Positions 34,830 to 44,932 are shown, counted from the first letter of the stretch. The stretch is DNA of 60,160 nt from Candidatus Magasanikbacteria bacterium RIFOXYD1_FULL_40_23 (GCA_001783215.1 MFRA01000001.1:1-60160), one strand, 5' to 3'. The notes: generated by a model not told the origin, from the letters alone. Program-made: numbers and translations.

Positions 34830-35637
34830 CTACGAAACATCTATTTGGGGACATGGCAAAGCTAGCCTAAAGTTAAGCTCGCCAACTTTTTTTCGTTTGC
34901 GACAATGTTTAGATTCAATTAAAGATTTAAAAAGCGGCGCAAAGGTAATGGAGCTTGGTTCTGGGGCAGGTCAGTTTATTCGTCAGATCAAGGCTATAAG
35001 GCCAGATTTGGTCTGCTATGGCAGCGATATAAGTGAGCACGCTATATCTTTGGCTAAGCAGGCAAATGACGGGGTAATTTACGATTTAAGCTCGGAGAAA
35101 AAGCTGCCATACGAAGACGGTAGTTTTGATGCAGTATTGATTTTTGACGTGTTAGAACATGTAACCGACCCAGGGGCTATTGTGGCCGAGGCGCACAGAG
35201 TGCTAAAAAGCGAGGGAGTATTTCATTCTTTTGTGCCGTGTGAAGGTGATTGGGCTTCTTTTTGGAATTTGCTTAGAAAATTTAATGCGGGCACAGACCT
35301 TACCAAAATGTATGCCGGCCATATAAATAGATTTTCTAAAAAAGAATTAGTGGGTATTATGAAATCGTATGGATTTGAAATAAAAAAAATAAGATACAGC
35401 GAGCATGTGCTCGGTCAGCTCTTGGGCATATTTTCCTTTTTTTCTATGGATAGGTTTGCCAAGAAGAATAATTTACAACAGGTAAATAACGAGCAGTATT
35501 TTTATGATTTGAGTAAAAGAGGCGGAGGAGCGCTGCAGTTAGTAAAAGATATTATAAATAGTCTGGTGGCTGTAGAATCTATTATTTTTTCCAGATTACC
35601 ATCTCCAAATGTGCATATAGCAGTTATTAAAAAATAG
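34816..35637 (+). CDS. class I SAM-dependent methyltransferase
   Basis: 273 aa. VMELGSGAGQF motif I, DVLEHV. Confidence 0.85.
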   Translation: MSEFNYETSIWGHGKASLKLSSPTFFRLRQCLDSIKDLKSGAKVMELGSGAGQFIRQIKAIRPDLVCYGSDISEHAISLAKQANDGVIYDLSSEKKLPYEDGSFDAVLIFDVLEHVTDPGAIVAEAHRVLKSEGVFHSFVPCEGDWASFWNLLRKFNAGTDLTKMYAGHINRFSKKELVGIMKSYGFEIKKIRYSEHVLGQLLGIFSFFSMDRFAKKNNLQQVNNEQYFYDLSKRGGGALQLVKDIINSLVAVESIIFSRLPSPNVHIAVIKK

Positions 35638-35650
35638 TGTATATTATTTC

Positions 35651-36253
35651 ATGCGTGTTATTCATATAATTCCCTCTGCCTTTGAATATTTTGGCGACAT
35701 AAGATCGCAGGCCTTTAAGTTGCTAGAAGGGTTGCACAAGATAGGTGTGGACGCAGAAGCATTTACTTTGCAGTATGGGTTAACCAGCAAAGCATTAAAA
35801 GCTAGTGTGGCAGAAGACGCACCTTCGGTGCATGCATTTAAAGGTAGTGTGGGCGCAGATGATCTGGTAGAAAATTTAAAAGATTTTGATATTGTGCATT
35901 TACATTGTCCTTTTTTGGGAGCTGCCAGAAAAATTATAAATTGGAAGAACCTTCATCCAAACATTCCGCTGGTTGTAACCTATTATCGCGAGGTGCCTTT
36001 TGAAGACGTCTTTAGTTTATTTATAAAATTATACAACTTTTATTTTTTACCAAAATTGTTTGCGTTAAGTAGTGTGGTGGTTTGTCAAAATTTTGAAACA
36101 TTTAAGAGTTCGTCTGGGGCAGGCTATATGAATGATAAAATCAGGTTGGCCGTTATAGACGAGATAGAATTAGATAAGGAAATAGGTAATTTGGATGTTA
36201 AAGAAGCGGTTGCGGCCAAGACCCTGATGGTGTATAATAGTTTAATAAGTTAA
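35651..36253 (+). CDS. glycosyltransferase-4-like N-terminal domain protein (half GT-B)
   Basis: 200 aa. MRVIHIIPS..G pattern resembles the N-half of the GT1 at 33717. No C-terminal catalytic half. Confidence 0.55.
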   Translation: MRVIHIIPSAFEYFGDIRSQAFKLLEGLHKIGVDAEAFTLQYGLTSKALKASVAEDAPSVHAFKGSVGADDLVENLKDFDIVHLHCPFLGAARKIINWKNLHPNIPLVVTYYREVPFEDVFSLFIKLYNFYFLPKLFALSSVVVCQNFETFKSSSGAGYMNDKIRLAVIDEIELDKEIGNLDVKEAVAAKTLMVYNSLIS

Positions 36254-36282
36254 TTCTTATTCTAATTAGTTATCAACTAAAT

Positions 36283-36534
36283 ATGCCTGGCGAAAAACCA
36301 ACGGAGCAGCAAGAATTTTTTTCTCGTGGCCGTGCTGCAGAAATTTTAGGCAAAGTTGCAGAATATGGAGAGTCAGGTCATTGGCCTAATGATATATCTC
36401 CTTATGATATTGGTCGTGCCTTAGGACGATTGATGCCTAATAATGGTGCCCCCAATGAGTATAATTTAGCCGAATTAATTAGAGGGATGCAAGGAGTGCC
36501 CAGTCAACGTTTAGAATTGGTTGATAGTGAATAG
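36283..36534 (+). CDS. hypothetical small protein
   Basis: 83 aa. No SD. Moderate GC. No motif. Confidence 0.55.
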   Translation: MPGEKPTEQQEFFSRGRAAEILGKVAEYGESGHWPNDISPYDIGRALGRLMPNNGAPNEYNLAELIRGMQGVPSQRLELVDSE

Positions 36535-36621
36535 TGGCTTTGGTAAGTTAATTTTATTAAAGGTTGCGTTTCAATGGACGCTACGCGACATGATTACGTT
36601 AAATCAATTTAGCTAAATCAT

Positions 36622-36930
36622 ATGGGAAGATTTAAAAAAGGACTTTTTTTAGGAGGTTTAATGGGTGCAGCCTTAATGTGGCTTAACGCCACGCCAAAAG
36701 GCAAAGAAATGCGAGAAAAAATGATGTCTCAAGCCAATGATTTGCACGATCAGCTAAAAGAGAGCTTGAAGCAATTGGATGGTCCAACCAAAGAGATGTA
36801 CGACGCTCTAGTAGAAAGAGCAGTAGAAGAATATGCTGCCAAAAAAGAAATGGCTATGGAGGTAAAAAATCAATTGGTAAGAGAGTTAAAGAAGCGTTGG
36901 AAGAACTTGGAAAAAGAAATTAAGAAATAA
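36622..36930 (+). CDS. YtxH-like protein
   Basis: 102 aa. N-terminal GLFLGGLMGAALMWL followed by a charged helix. Confidence 0.7.
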   Translation: MGRFKKGLFLGGLMGAALMWLNATPKGKEMREKMMSQANDLHDQLKESLKQLDGPTKEMYDALVERAVEEYAAKKEMAMEVKNQLVRELKKRWKNLEKEIKK

Positions 36931-36942
36931 TAACTATAAAAT

Positions 36943-36974
36943 AAAAACACCGCTTAATTATAAGCGGTGTTTTT
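36943..36974. terminator. bidirectional terminator (YtxH / recJ convergent)
   Basis: aaaaacaccgctta-atta-taagcggtgttttt. Confidence 0.8.
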
Positions 36975-36979
36975 ATTTA

Positions 36980-38755
36980 CTAGAGCTTTTTGATATCCTC
37001 AACCGTTAGTTGCAGTTCTCTGTTTCCGTTCCACTCGTTTACGCCAATAGAGAAAACCATATCTATTTTATCTCCGGGTTTCAGAGATTCTTTCCAATTT
37101 TCGGAATATTTTTTTATGTCTCCTAATCCAAAGCCGATGGTTTTCTTTAGCAAGTGAGAGTTATGTTTTACTGTTAGGCGTAAATGTTTGCCGTCTTGGC
37201 CGACCGGGTCAATATTTACAAGCGTTACAGATTTGGCCAAATACTTTGGCTCTTCGTTGGCTTGTCCAAATGGTTCAAATTTTTGTAATAAATCGTATAG
37301 TTTCCAATTTACTTCGTCCAGGTCAACTTCTGCATCTACGGTAATTTGTGGAGTCATATCGACTTCGGCAGTTTGGGTGGCTGCCCTAGTAGTTAGTTTT
37401 GTTTTAAATTCTTCCAGAATACTTTTATCTTTGAGGGTAAATCCGCAAGCTTGAGGATGGCCGCCGAATTTTCCAAATATTTCCGGCATGCTTTGTAATG
37501 CCAAGATTAAATTAAACTCACGGATACTGCGTCCGGAACCAACTATTTCTTTTTCACCTTCTCCCATTACTATAGAAGGCCTGTAGTAGTCGTCTTTTAT
37601 CTTTCCGGAAATTAAGCCCAGTATTCCGGTGGGCCAGCCTTGCCCCACCACAAACAATACAGGATTATCTTTTTGGCCAGTTTCTTTTATTTGTCTTCTG
37701 GCTTCGCTTACGTACTGTTCTGTAATTTTTTGTCTATCAGTATTATTTTTGTTTAGTTGTGCTGCCAAATCTTCGGCTTCTTTTTCGTCTGTAGCCATTA
37801 GTAGGGCAAAAGCAAAGTTGGCATGATCCATGCGGCCGGCAGCATTGATTCTAGGTATAATCTGAAAGCTCATATTATATGAATCGTACACACCTCGTTT
37901 GGAGTTCCCGTTTTCGTCGGCCATACCAGCTACAATCAGTAGTTTTTTTAAGCCGATATTTCTAGTTTTGTTTATAACGGTTAAACCATAACGAGTAAGA
38001 GTGCGTGATTCGCCTAGTAGTGGCACCATATCGCCAATAGAAGCAATGGCTACCAAATCTAGCATCCATTTTTCAAAACCTTCAAAAGTCTGCCCGTCTG
38101 GCAAGGTGGCATTTTTGCGAGCGTACTTTCGCAATAAGCCCTGTACGAGTTTAAAGCCCACAGCCGCACCGCAGAGTCCTTTGTCTGGGTAAGGTTCGTC
38201 TGGCACAAGTGGGTGAATTATAGCGTCGGCTTTTGGCACCTTTTTTGGCACCACGTGGTGATCTGTAATTATAACTTTGATTTTTTTCTTTTTGGCCTGT
38301 GCCACTTCGTCGTAGTTGCTAATACCGCAATCGCAGGTAATAATCAGATCTGTTTTCTTTTCTGCTAAAAATTCTATTGTTCTTGGATTAAGGCCATAGC
38401 CATCTGTTTCGCGATGGGGGATAAAGACATCTACATTTTGTGCTCCTAATTTTCTTAGGCCGTTAATTATAATAGCCGAAGCGCAAACACCGTCCGCATC
38501 GTAGTCTCCGTGCACCACGATATTTTCTTGGTTTTTTATGGATTTAAAAATTATGTCCGTTGCTTTTTCCATGTCCTGGAATAAAAATGGATCATGAACA
38601 TCTTGGGAATAATCAGGATTCAAAAACTCATCGATTCTTTTTTGATCACGCAAATTTCGGTTCCAAAGCAAACGAGAAATTGTAGTTGGTAATTCTGGAT
38701 GAGAGTTAATAAAATCGTCTGGTGGGGGAGGCAGAACGTTCCATTTTTTAAGCAT
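36980..38755 (-). CDS. recJ: single-stranded-DNA-specific exonuclease RecJ
   Basis: 591 aa. DHH motifs (HGDYDADG, ITDHH), DHHA1. Confidence 0.93.
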   Translation of the reverse strand: MLKKWNVLPPPPDDFINSHPELPTTISRLLWNRNLRDQKRIDEFLNPDYSQDVHDPFLFQDMEKATDIIFKSIKNQENIVVHGDYDADGVCASAIIINGLRKLGAQNVDVFIPHRETDGYGLNPRTIEFLAEKKTDLIITCDCGISNYDEVAQAKKKKIKVIITDHHVVPKKVPKADAIIHPLVPDEPYPDKGLCGAAVGFKLVQGLLRKYARKNATLPDGQTFEGFEKWMLDLVAIASIGDMVPLLGESRTLTRYGLTVINKTRNIGLKKLLIVAGMADENGNSKRGVYDSYNMSFQIIPRINAAGRMDHANFAFALLMATDEKEAEDLAAQLNKNNTDRQKITEQYVSEARRQIKETGQKDNPVLFVVGQGWPTGILGLISGKIKDDYYRPSIVMGEGEKEIVGSGRSIREFNLILALQSMPEIFGKFGGHPQACGFTLKDKSILEEFKTKLTTRAATQTAEVDMTPQITVDAEVDLDEVNWKLYDLLQKFEPFGQANEEPKYLAKSVTLVNIDPVGQDGKHLRLTVKHNSHLLKKTIGFGLGDIKKYSENWKESLKPGDKIDMVFSIGVNEWNGNRELQLTVEDIKKL

Positions 38756-38829
38756 GGTAATAGAATAAGAAATTAATAATAGTTCTTGAATTTATGTTCA
38801 AGTAGTACTATTAGTTTCCTATGGAATTT

Positions 38830-38928
38830 TTAGTATTGCAAAGCTGGTAAGAAGCTAAAAACAAGCATGGCAATAATTGCCAAAAGAGATATGGCAATCC
38901 AAATTCTTTTTACAGTTTTATGTTTCAT
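38830..38928 (-). CDS. possible 32-aa hydrophobic peptide
   Basis: ATG..TAA encodes MKHKTVKRIWIAISLLAIIAMLVFSFLPALQY. Supported only by the open frame and a TM-like sequence. No SD. Confidence 0.2.
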   Translation of the reverse strand: MKHKTVKRIWIAISLLAIIAMLVFSFLPALQY

Positions 38929-39009
38929 ATGCGAAGTGAGTAAGTAAAATATTTAGCTTGCTAAAATATTTTCGAGCGAACGAGTATATATGCGGCTTTA
39001 GCCCATATA
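38929..39009 (+). repeat. intergenic repeat family 2, copy C
   Basis: GCGAAGTGAG..AAAATATTTAGC/GCTAAAATATTTT..CGAGCGAACGAG..TATATATGCGGCTTTAGCCCATATA. Confidence 0.65.
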
Positions 39010-39011
39010 AT

Positions 39012-40004
39012 TTATTTTTTTCGTATGTTTAATAATTTGTCTATTTCTTCTTCGGTGGTAGGTAGTTTTATTCCAATCTTTGCTAGTTCTGACGGTAAAT
39101 GCTTTATATTATGCGTATTGAGCTGTTGTCCAAGTAGTAAGTGGCCAGTATTTTTAGAAAATAATTGTATTCTATCCATAGATAGATTTGCGCATAATTT
39201 TCTGGCAACCCATGAAATCTTATTGCTGTCGAGTGTAGTATCCTTAATTAAAAAGCTGACAATATTTTCTATTAAAGCGCGAGCATAAACTTCATCGTCA
39301 AAAATTTTTTCTGGATTTCTAATCAGTGTTCTTACAATTTCTCTTGCGGTTGTAAAAACAATAGTGTCGCGTCCGAGTATTTTGTTAGATTGCTGTAATT
39401 CCGGTCTGAGCTGTTGGTGCAGAGAAGTGTGTGTGACTCCTAAAGCAGCTAGTATATTTATATTTTCTTTATTTTTTAGTTGTGGGAATTGCTGAGTTAA
39501 GTTTTTTATTTTTTCTTTAAGCGTAGCGGCCATAATTTTTTCTCTTTCTATAATGTTACGTGCTTTATCACCCAAGGCAGACTTAATATTTGTTATGCTT
39601 AAATCAAAATATCCTTCTAGAAAATCTTTTATAGCTTCAGCTTCAGTTTCTGCTGGAGTATAAGCCTCTATTGTTATAGGATGCTCTGATGGCGTATCTA
39701 TAAATAAAACAGGTTTTTTACTGTTGTATAGTAAAGATAATATTTTTTTGTCGACATGACTAAAATTAATTTCGTCTGGGTTTGTTTTTCCTTCTGAAAT
39801 TTCGTTATATAACTTTTCTGTATATTTTGTCCAACCGTGTTCTTCTGGTATAAAGACGTCAGCTTTTTTTAAAGCCTCCGGCAAGCGGCTAAAATCTTCA
39901 GGTGTTCCATGGTATGAAAAGAAAAAATCAACTGTAATATTTGGTTCTTTTTCTTTATTTTCTCCTGTGATTTCTGGGTTGTGTCCAGGTTGTATTTCCG
40001 ACAT
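39012..40004 (-). CDS. hypothetical protein (weak TraB/GumN/Tiki-like cues)
   Basis: 330 aa, 2 nt downstream of lepA. SYHGT and LGVTHTSL are faintly reminiscent of GTxH/GxGH motifs. Function not supported beyond that. Confidence 0.7.
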   Translation of the reverse strand: MSEIQPGHNPEITGENKEKEPNITVDFFFSYHGTPEDFSRLPEALKKADVFIPEEHGWTKYTEKLYNEISEGKTNPDEINFSHVDKKILSLLYNSKKPVLFIDTPSEHPITIEAYTPAETEAEAIKDFLEGYFDLSITNIKSALGDKARNIIEREKIMAATLKEKIKNLTQQFPQLKNKENINILAALGVTHTSLHQQLRPELQQSNKILGRDTIVFTTAREIVRTLIRNPEKIFDDEVYARALIENIVSFLIKDTTLDSNKISWVARKLCANLSMDRIQLFSKNTGHLLLGQQLNTHNIKHLPSELAKIGIKLPTTEEEIDKLLNIRKK

Positions 40005-40006
40005 AT

Positions 40007-41812
40007 CTATCTCTTTAAGACCGCCAAGTAAGTCTCTGGCGGAATATCTATTTTTCCATGAGCCAACATGCGTTTTTTACCTTTTTTCTGTTTCTGTAAT
40101 AGTTTTTGTTTGCGTGTGTAGTCGCCACCGCTCATAGTTTCGATAACGTCTTTGCGTAAAGCCGACAGTCTGTCTGCGGCAATTACTTTTCCTCCAATTG
40201 CAGCCTGGATCTTTAGGACAAATTGCTGTTTGGGCAATGATTCTTTTAGTGATTCTACGATTTTTTTGCCTACTTTATACGCATAATCTCGCCAAACTAG
40301 GGTGGCTAGAGCCTCTACTTGCTCCTCTGCTACAATAATATCTAGCCTCACTACGTCTGTAGTTTGGTAATCTATGAATTCATAATTCATAGAAGCGTAG
40401 CCAGAAGTAACGGTTTTTAGTTTATCATAAAAATCAGTAATAAGCGATGCAAGCGGAATTTCGTAATGCAACATAGCGCGCTGGTCGCTGCCGGTGCTTA
40501 AATATTCAGTGTTTATATATTTGCCTTTGCGTTCGGATACGAGCCCCATAACGTTACCCACAAAATCTTTTGGGGTAATTACGTCTAGTTTCATCCAAGG
40601 TTCCAAAATTTCTGTAATATGAGTTGGGTCTGGCATTTCCTGCGGGCTATGGATAGTTTTTTCTTGGCCAGTATTGCTTATTATGCGGTAGGCAACGCTC
40701 GGTACAGTAATAATTATTTCCAAATTATATTCTCGGCTTAATCTTTCTTGAAAGATATCTAAGTGCAACAGTCCTAAGAAACCACAACGGAAACCAAAAC
40801 CAAGAGCCAAAGAATGTTCTGGTTCGTAGAAAAGAGAAGCGTCGTTTAGTTTTAATCTTTCAATCGCGTCGCGTAGTTCTTGGTAGTCGTCTCCTTCTTT
40901 GGGAAAGATGCCGGCATACACCATTGGTTTTACTTCTTTATAGCCAGGCAAAGCCAGGGTATGAATATTTTTTTCCTCTTCGTCTTTTTTGAAAGTGGTA
41001 ATCGTGTCACCCACACGACAGTCGCGCAGTTCTTTTAATCCGGTAATACAATAACCGATTTCGCCGGTATTTATTTTGGCAGCAGATTGAAATTTTGGCG
41101 TGTAGTAGCCAACGTCCAAAACTTCGGCTGGAGTTCTGGTTCCGATAAGAAATATTTTGTCTCCCTTTTTTAATTCGCCATCCATTACTCGCACAGAAGC
41201 GATTACGCCTTTGTAGTCGTTGTAAACAGAATCAAAAATCAAAGCCCTGGTAGGATTATTTGTATCGTATGTTGGTGGGGGGATTCGCTCTATTACTGCT
41301 TCCAAAATTTTATCTACACCTTGGCCAGTTTTGCCAGAAGCCAAAATAATTTCTTCCGGTTTACAGCCAAGCAAATGTATAATTTCATCTGTAGTTTTTT
41401 CTATATTGGCATTGGGCATGTCTATCTTGTTGATTACCGGGATGATAGTTAGGTTTTGCTCAATTGCCAAATATAGGTTACCTATAGTTTGGGCCTGCAC
41501 GCCTTGGCTAGCATCTACAAGCAATACTGCGCCTTCTACAGCGGCTAGTGATCTGGAAACTTCGTAGTTAAAGTCTACGTGCCCAGGGGTGTCTATTAGG
41601 TTTAATACATAGTCTTTGTAGGTCATTCTTACAGGTGTGAGTTTGATGGTAATGCCTCGCTCACGCTCCAAATCCATAGAATCAAGCAATTGGGCCTGCA
41701 TGTCTCGTTTAGCTACAGTGCCCGTAAATTCCAAAAGACGGTCGGCAAGAGTGCTTTTGCCGTGATCTATATGGGCGATAATGCAGAAATTTCGAATCTG
41801 AGATTTTTCCAT
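40007..41812 (-). CDS. lepA: translation elongation factor 4
   Basis: 601 aa. IIAHIDHGKSTL, DTPGHVDF, LepA C-terminal domain. Confidence 0.97.
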   Translation of the reverse strand: MEKSQIRNFCIIAHIDHGKSTLADRLLEFTGTVAKRDMQAQLLDSMDLERERGITIKLTPVRMTYKDYVLNLIDTPGHVDFNYEVSRSLAAVEGAVLLVDASQGVQAQTIGNLYLAIEQNLTIIPVINKIDMPNANIEKTTDEIIHLLGCKPEEIILASGKTGQGVDKILEAVIERIPPPTYDTNNPTRALIFDSVYNDYKGVIASVRVMDGELKKGDKIFLIGTRTPAEVLDVGYYTPKFQSAAKINTGEIGYCITGLKELRDCRVGDTITTFKKDEEEKNIHTLALPGYKEVKPMVYAGIFPKEGDDYQELRDAIERLKLNDASLFYEPEHSLALGFGFRCGFLGLLHLDIFQERLSREYNLEIIITVPSVAYRIISNTGQEKTIHSPQEMPDPTHITEILEPWMKLDVITPKDFVGNVMGLVSERKGKYINTEYLSTGSDQRAMLHYEIPLASLITDFYDKLKTVTSGYASMNYEFIDYQTTDVVRLDIIVAEEQVEALATLVWRDYAYKVGKKIVESLKESLPKQQFVLKIQAAIGGKVIAADRLSALRKDVIETMSGGDYTRKQKLLQKQKKGKKRMLAHGKIDIPPETYLAVLKR

Positions 41813-41814
41813 GT

Positions 41815-43431
41815 TTATTCGTTGTTACTGATTGGTTCGGTAGTAGGCAAATTTTTGGTTTGTAGCCAGCGGCTAGCCAAACTATCTTTAATTTGTAATA
41901 GTTCCGGCACCCTCAAAAGGTAACATATTAGCCCATAAATTGCTAGACCTATTAAGCTTGCTACCAAGCCCTGGCCAAGTATGCCAAAGAAGTAGTCTTG
42001 GTTGAATATTTTGGCCAGTGGATACTTGGCATATTGAATAGCTATAGCCATAGGAATAGCGGCCAAAATAATACGGTAGAAAGAGGAAAGTATTTTTTCT
42101 CCGTCAATTTTTTTCAATGTATTCCTTAAAGTAATGCTAAGTATCGTTAGGTTGAGTATTGAAGCGATAGAAAAAGCCAGAGCTAGACCAGCCACACCGA
42201 GTGGTTGCATAAGTAGTAGAGCCGCAATAATACCTACCAGTTCGGAAATGATGCCAATAATAAATGGAGTTTTTGTATTGGATAGTGCGTAAAACGCTCG
42301 GGCGAGCAGGGGAATAAGCGCTTGAGCAAAAAGACTGAGCGCGAAAAAAGCCAAAGTATCGGCTGTGTGTATGGTGGCAGTCCAATCAAATTTACCTGTG
42401 CCATAAATCACGCGTACAATTTGAGCGCGGAGTAAAAGTATGATAATAGCGCAGGGGATAATCAAAAATAAAATTTGTCTAATTGTAGAGGATAAGTTTT
42501 TGATAAATTCTTCTATATTATTTTGTGAGGCGGCAGCAGATAGTACTGGGAATACCGCTAAAGCAAAAGGTATGCCGATAATTCCAATAGGTACAGCTTG
42601 TAAATTGTTGGCAAAATTAAAAATAGTTACACTTCCTACAGGCAACAAAGATGCCAACATAGTAATGATGACTAAATTTAGTTGGCTAATAGCTAGTCCC
42701 AGAGTGCGGGGAATCATTAGTTTGCCGATTAACCGAGTATTTTTATCTTTTAAATTAAAATACCATTTCCATCTGTAGCCGTTGGCATATGCGCTGTAAG
42801 CTTGTAAAGAAAAGTGTAAAGAAGCGCCCAACACCACGCCCCAAGCTAGTCCGCTTATCCCCAGTATTGGTACAAGCAGTACAGCGCCGATAATTATGCC
42901 TAGATTATAAAATATTGGGGCCAGAGAATATAGAAAAAAGGTGCGCAACGATTGTAGCATGCCACCAATTACCATAGACATCCCCAGCATAATGGTGGAG
43001 CCAAACATAATGCGAGTAAGTGTGGCTACTAAATCTTGAGAAGTCTTGCTAAATCCAGGGGCAATAATCGGGGCAAGAGATGGAGCAAAGATAATGCCAA
43101 AAAAACTTACTACAAGCAGTGATATGGCGGTAATGTTTAAAATATTGTTGGCAAGTTTCCATGCAGATGACTTGTCTTCGCCCTGATAAAATAGTTTGGT
43201 AAATGTTGGAATAAAACCAGCGCTTAAGGCGCCAATAATAAGTAGGTTGTAGATTAAATCTGGGATTTTGAAAGCGGCGTAATAGGCATCCAAGATAGGG
43301 CCGGCACTAAAGTAATGGGCAAAGATTCTGTCGCGCGCCAGTCCCATTAGTCGGCTAACCAAAGTAGCGCCGGAAATTATAATAGCAGCTCCGGTGATGG
43401 ATTTGGATTGGCCGTTTAGAATTTTGAGCAT
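41815..43431 (-). CDS. murJ: lipid II flippase MurJ/MviN
   Basis: 538 aa, about 14 TM. N-terminal GLARDRIFAHYFSAG pattern. Confidence 0.92.
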   Translation of the reverse strand: MLKILNGQSKSITGAAIIISGATLVSRLMGLARDRIFAHYFSAGPILDAYYAAFKIPDLIYNLLIIGALSAGFIPTFTKLFYQGEDKSSAWKLANNILNITAISLLVVSFFGIIFAPSLAPIIAPGFSKTSQDLVATLTRIMFGSTIMLGMSMVIGGMLQSLRTFFLYSLAPIFYNLGIIIGAVLLVPILGISGLAWGVVLGASLHFSLQAYSAYANGYRWKWYFNLKDKNTRLIGKLMIPRTLGLAISQLNLVIITMLASLLPVGSVTIFNFANNLQAVPIGIIGIPFALAVFPVLSAAASQNNIEEFIKNLSSTIRQILFLIIPCAIIILLLRAQIVRVIYGTGKFDWTATIHTADTLAFFALSLFAQALIPLLARAFYALSNTKTPFIIGIISELVGIIAALLLMQPLGVAGLALAFSIASILNLTILSITLRNTLKKIDGEKILSSFYRIILAAIPMAIAIQYAKYPLAKIFNQDYFFGILGQGLVASLIGLAIYGLICYLLRVPELLQIKDSLASRWLQTKNLPTTEPISNNE

Positions 43432-43432
43432 A

Positions 43433-43567
43433 CCCAGTATATCAACCCCGTATTGGACGTAAATGGAATTAATACGGAGGGGTAATTTGAATTATCTTTA
43501 TTAAGCCTGATAGTTCTTAGTTTTTATTTGGCTGCCTTTAGCAGCCTTACGGGGTTGTATTACTGGG
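43433..43567. repeat. intergenic region closed by about 21-nt inverted repeats with internal hairpins
   Basis: cccagtatatcaaccccgtat versus ttacggggttgtattactggg (7+10 bp). Internal hairpin ggctgc-cttta-gcagcc. Confidence 0.6.
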
Positions 43568-43573
43568 CATAAG

Positions 43574-44254
43574 CTAGGTGCTGGTAGAGGTTTCTGTTTT
43601 AAGATTTACCGTAAGTACTGCATAGTCGGCCCCTTGTCCGGGTGCTCCTTGCACATACATAGAGCCCGTAATGTCGTCTTTGCTAAAGCTAAATTGTTGG
43701 ACACCTTCTCCTTCACTCTCCACGTCTATATTATATGCTTGTTTTTTTAGTTCGGTTTTATAATATCCAATAATAAAAAATGGGTCAGCGTTTAGTTCGC
43801 GCCATTCTATTTGTATTGTGTCGCGGTGGTCACTTACCGGAGCGCTAATCATTTTCCACAGATTTGTAATAGAAGTTAGTTTATCTGTGTCGGCATTTGC
43901 TTGTGTGTTTTTGTCCATTGTAATTAAAAGAGGCGACAAAATAATTTTTGGGAAAATAGCGGCGATTTCTATGCCTCTATTTTTGTATTTGCCAGATATA
44001 AAAGTAATTTGTTCTATATTATCTTTGTCATACAAAGGTATATTGGAAGGAAAGTTGGCTGGCACAGAGCTTAGAGTTTCTGGTCCGCTACCCATGGCGA
44101 TGCGGATAAAAATAATTATGCCAATAATAACAAAAACTAAACAACCGCAACCGGTAAAACAGGCACGTTTGATTGCAGAAAAAGCAGAATATTTTTTGGT
44201 CAATTCGCCAATCGGTGGTTCGACTATTTCAACATTGTTTATGTTTCGTCGCAT
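43574..44254 (-). CDS. membrane-anchored hypothetical protein
   Basis: 226 aa. One TM (CLVFVIIGIIIFIRIAMG), extracytoplasmic remainder. Confidence 0.7.
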   Translation of the reverse strand: MRRNINNVEIVEPPIGELTKKYSAFSAIKRACFTGCGCLVFVIIGIIIFIRIAMGSGPETLSSVPANFPSNIPLYDKDNIEQITFISGKYKNRGIEIAAIFPKIILSPLLITMDKNTQANADTDKLTSITNLWKMISAPVSDHRDTIQIEWRELNADPFFIIGYYKTELKKQAYNIDVESEGEGVQQFSFSKDDITGSMYVQGAPGQGADYAVLTVNLKTETSTST

Positions 44255-44371
44255 AAAAATTTAGGTAAAAGTATTGTAGCAGAAAAGTTTATTTTTGGAT
44301 AGGTAAATTTGTTGTTTATAATTATTTTTTTGTGTTATAGTAAATTTACTCTAACAAGAGGGGAGGTTTCT

Positions 44372-44917
44372 ATGGCAAAACAAAATGGGAGCCTGCTCTT
44401 TTTCGAGTTTTCCCTACTGCCCATTTCAAGATCGTTGCATGGTGTTAAAGCCAGCGTTGGTTATCAGCTTTCATTTTTGGTAATCGGCGATCTCTTGCTT
44501 GGTAGGTTGCCAGATGGTGTGGCGGCCAGGCTCAAGTCGCCAATTTCGGCCGATGTGATGGCTATGGTTGCTGCTGGTAACTCAAACGGTGTTGCTCCCG
44601 AGCGAGCGAGGGCCGCAATTATGGTAGCTGAAACTTTGTTGGCAATCTGTGAAATATTGCAACCGAAGTTGGTGGGTAGTGATAAGCGTAAGAAGCGATT
44701 TTATCCCATAGAGGTAGATAAAAACAACGGCAATCTGCTTCTAAAGGAAAAGGTTGTAGCTACTGCCAATCAGATCGTATCTCTTGTTAGTAAGAGAACG
44801 GCGGAAAATGCGAGGATCAAGTATTTGGTGGTACTCGTAATGTGGAAAGTTTTTTTGGGGATTTTGAGGGAAGGTCGAATAAGTGTGCCGGGGTTGCGCA
44901 AGAAGATCTCCAAATAG
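44372..44917 (+). CDS. hypothetical protein (GC-rich cassette)
   Basis: 181 aa from ATG 44372 with GGAGG at 44362-44366. Extended -10 TGTGTTATAGT at 44331-44341. Confidence 0.65.
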   Translation: MAKQNGSLLFFEFSLLPISRSLHGVKASVGYQLSFLVIGDLLLGRLPDGVAARLKSPISADVMAMVAAGNSNGVAPERARAAIMVAETLLAICEILQPKLVGSDKRKKRFYPIEVDKNNGNLLLKEKVVATANQIVSLVSKRTAENARIKYLVVLVMWKVFLGILREGRISVPGLRKKISK

Positions 44918-44932
44918 TTTGTTCATTTAGAT

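Noticed and set aside
35651-36253. Annotating the half-glycosyltransferase as a pseudogene.
   Set aside because: The frame is intact, with clean start and stop and no adjacent remnant of a C-terminal half. Stand-alone GT4 N-domain-like proteins are possible, so it is kept as a CDS.
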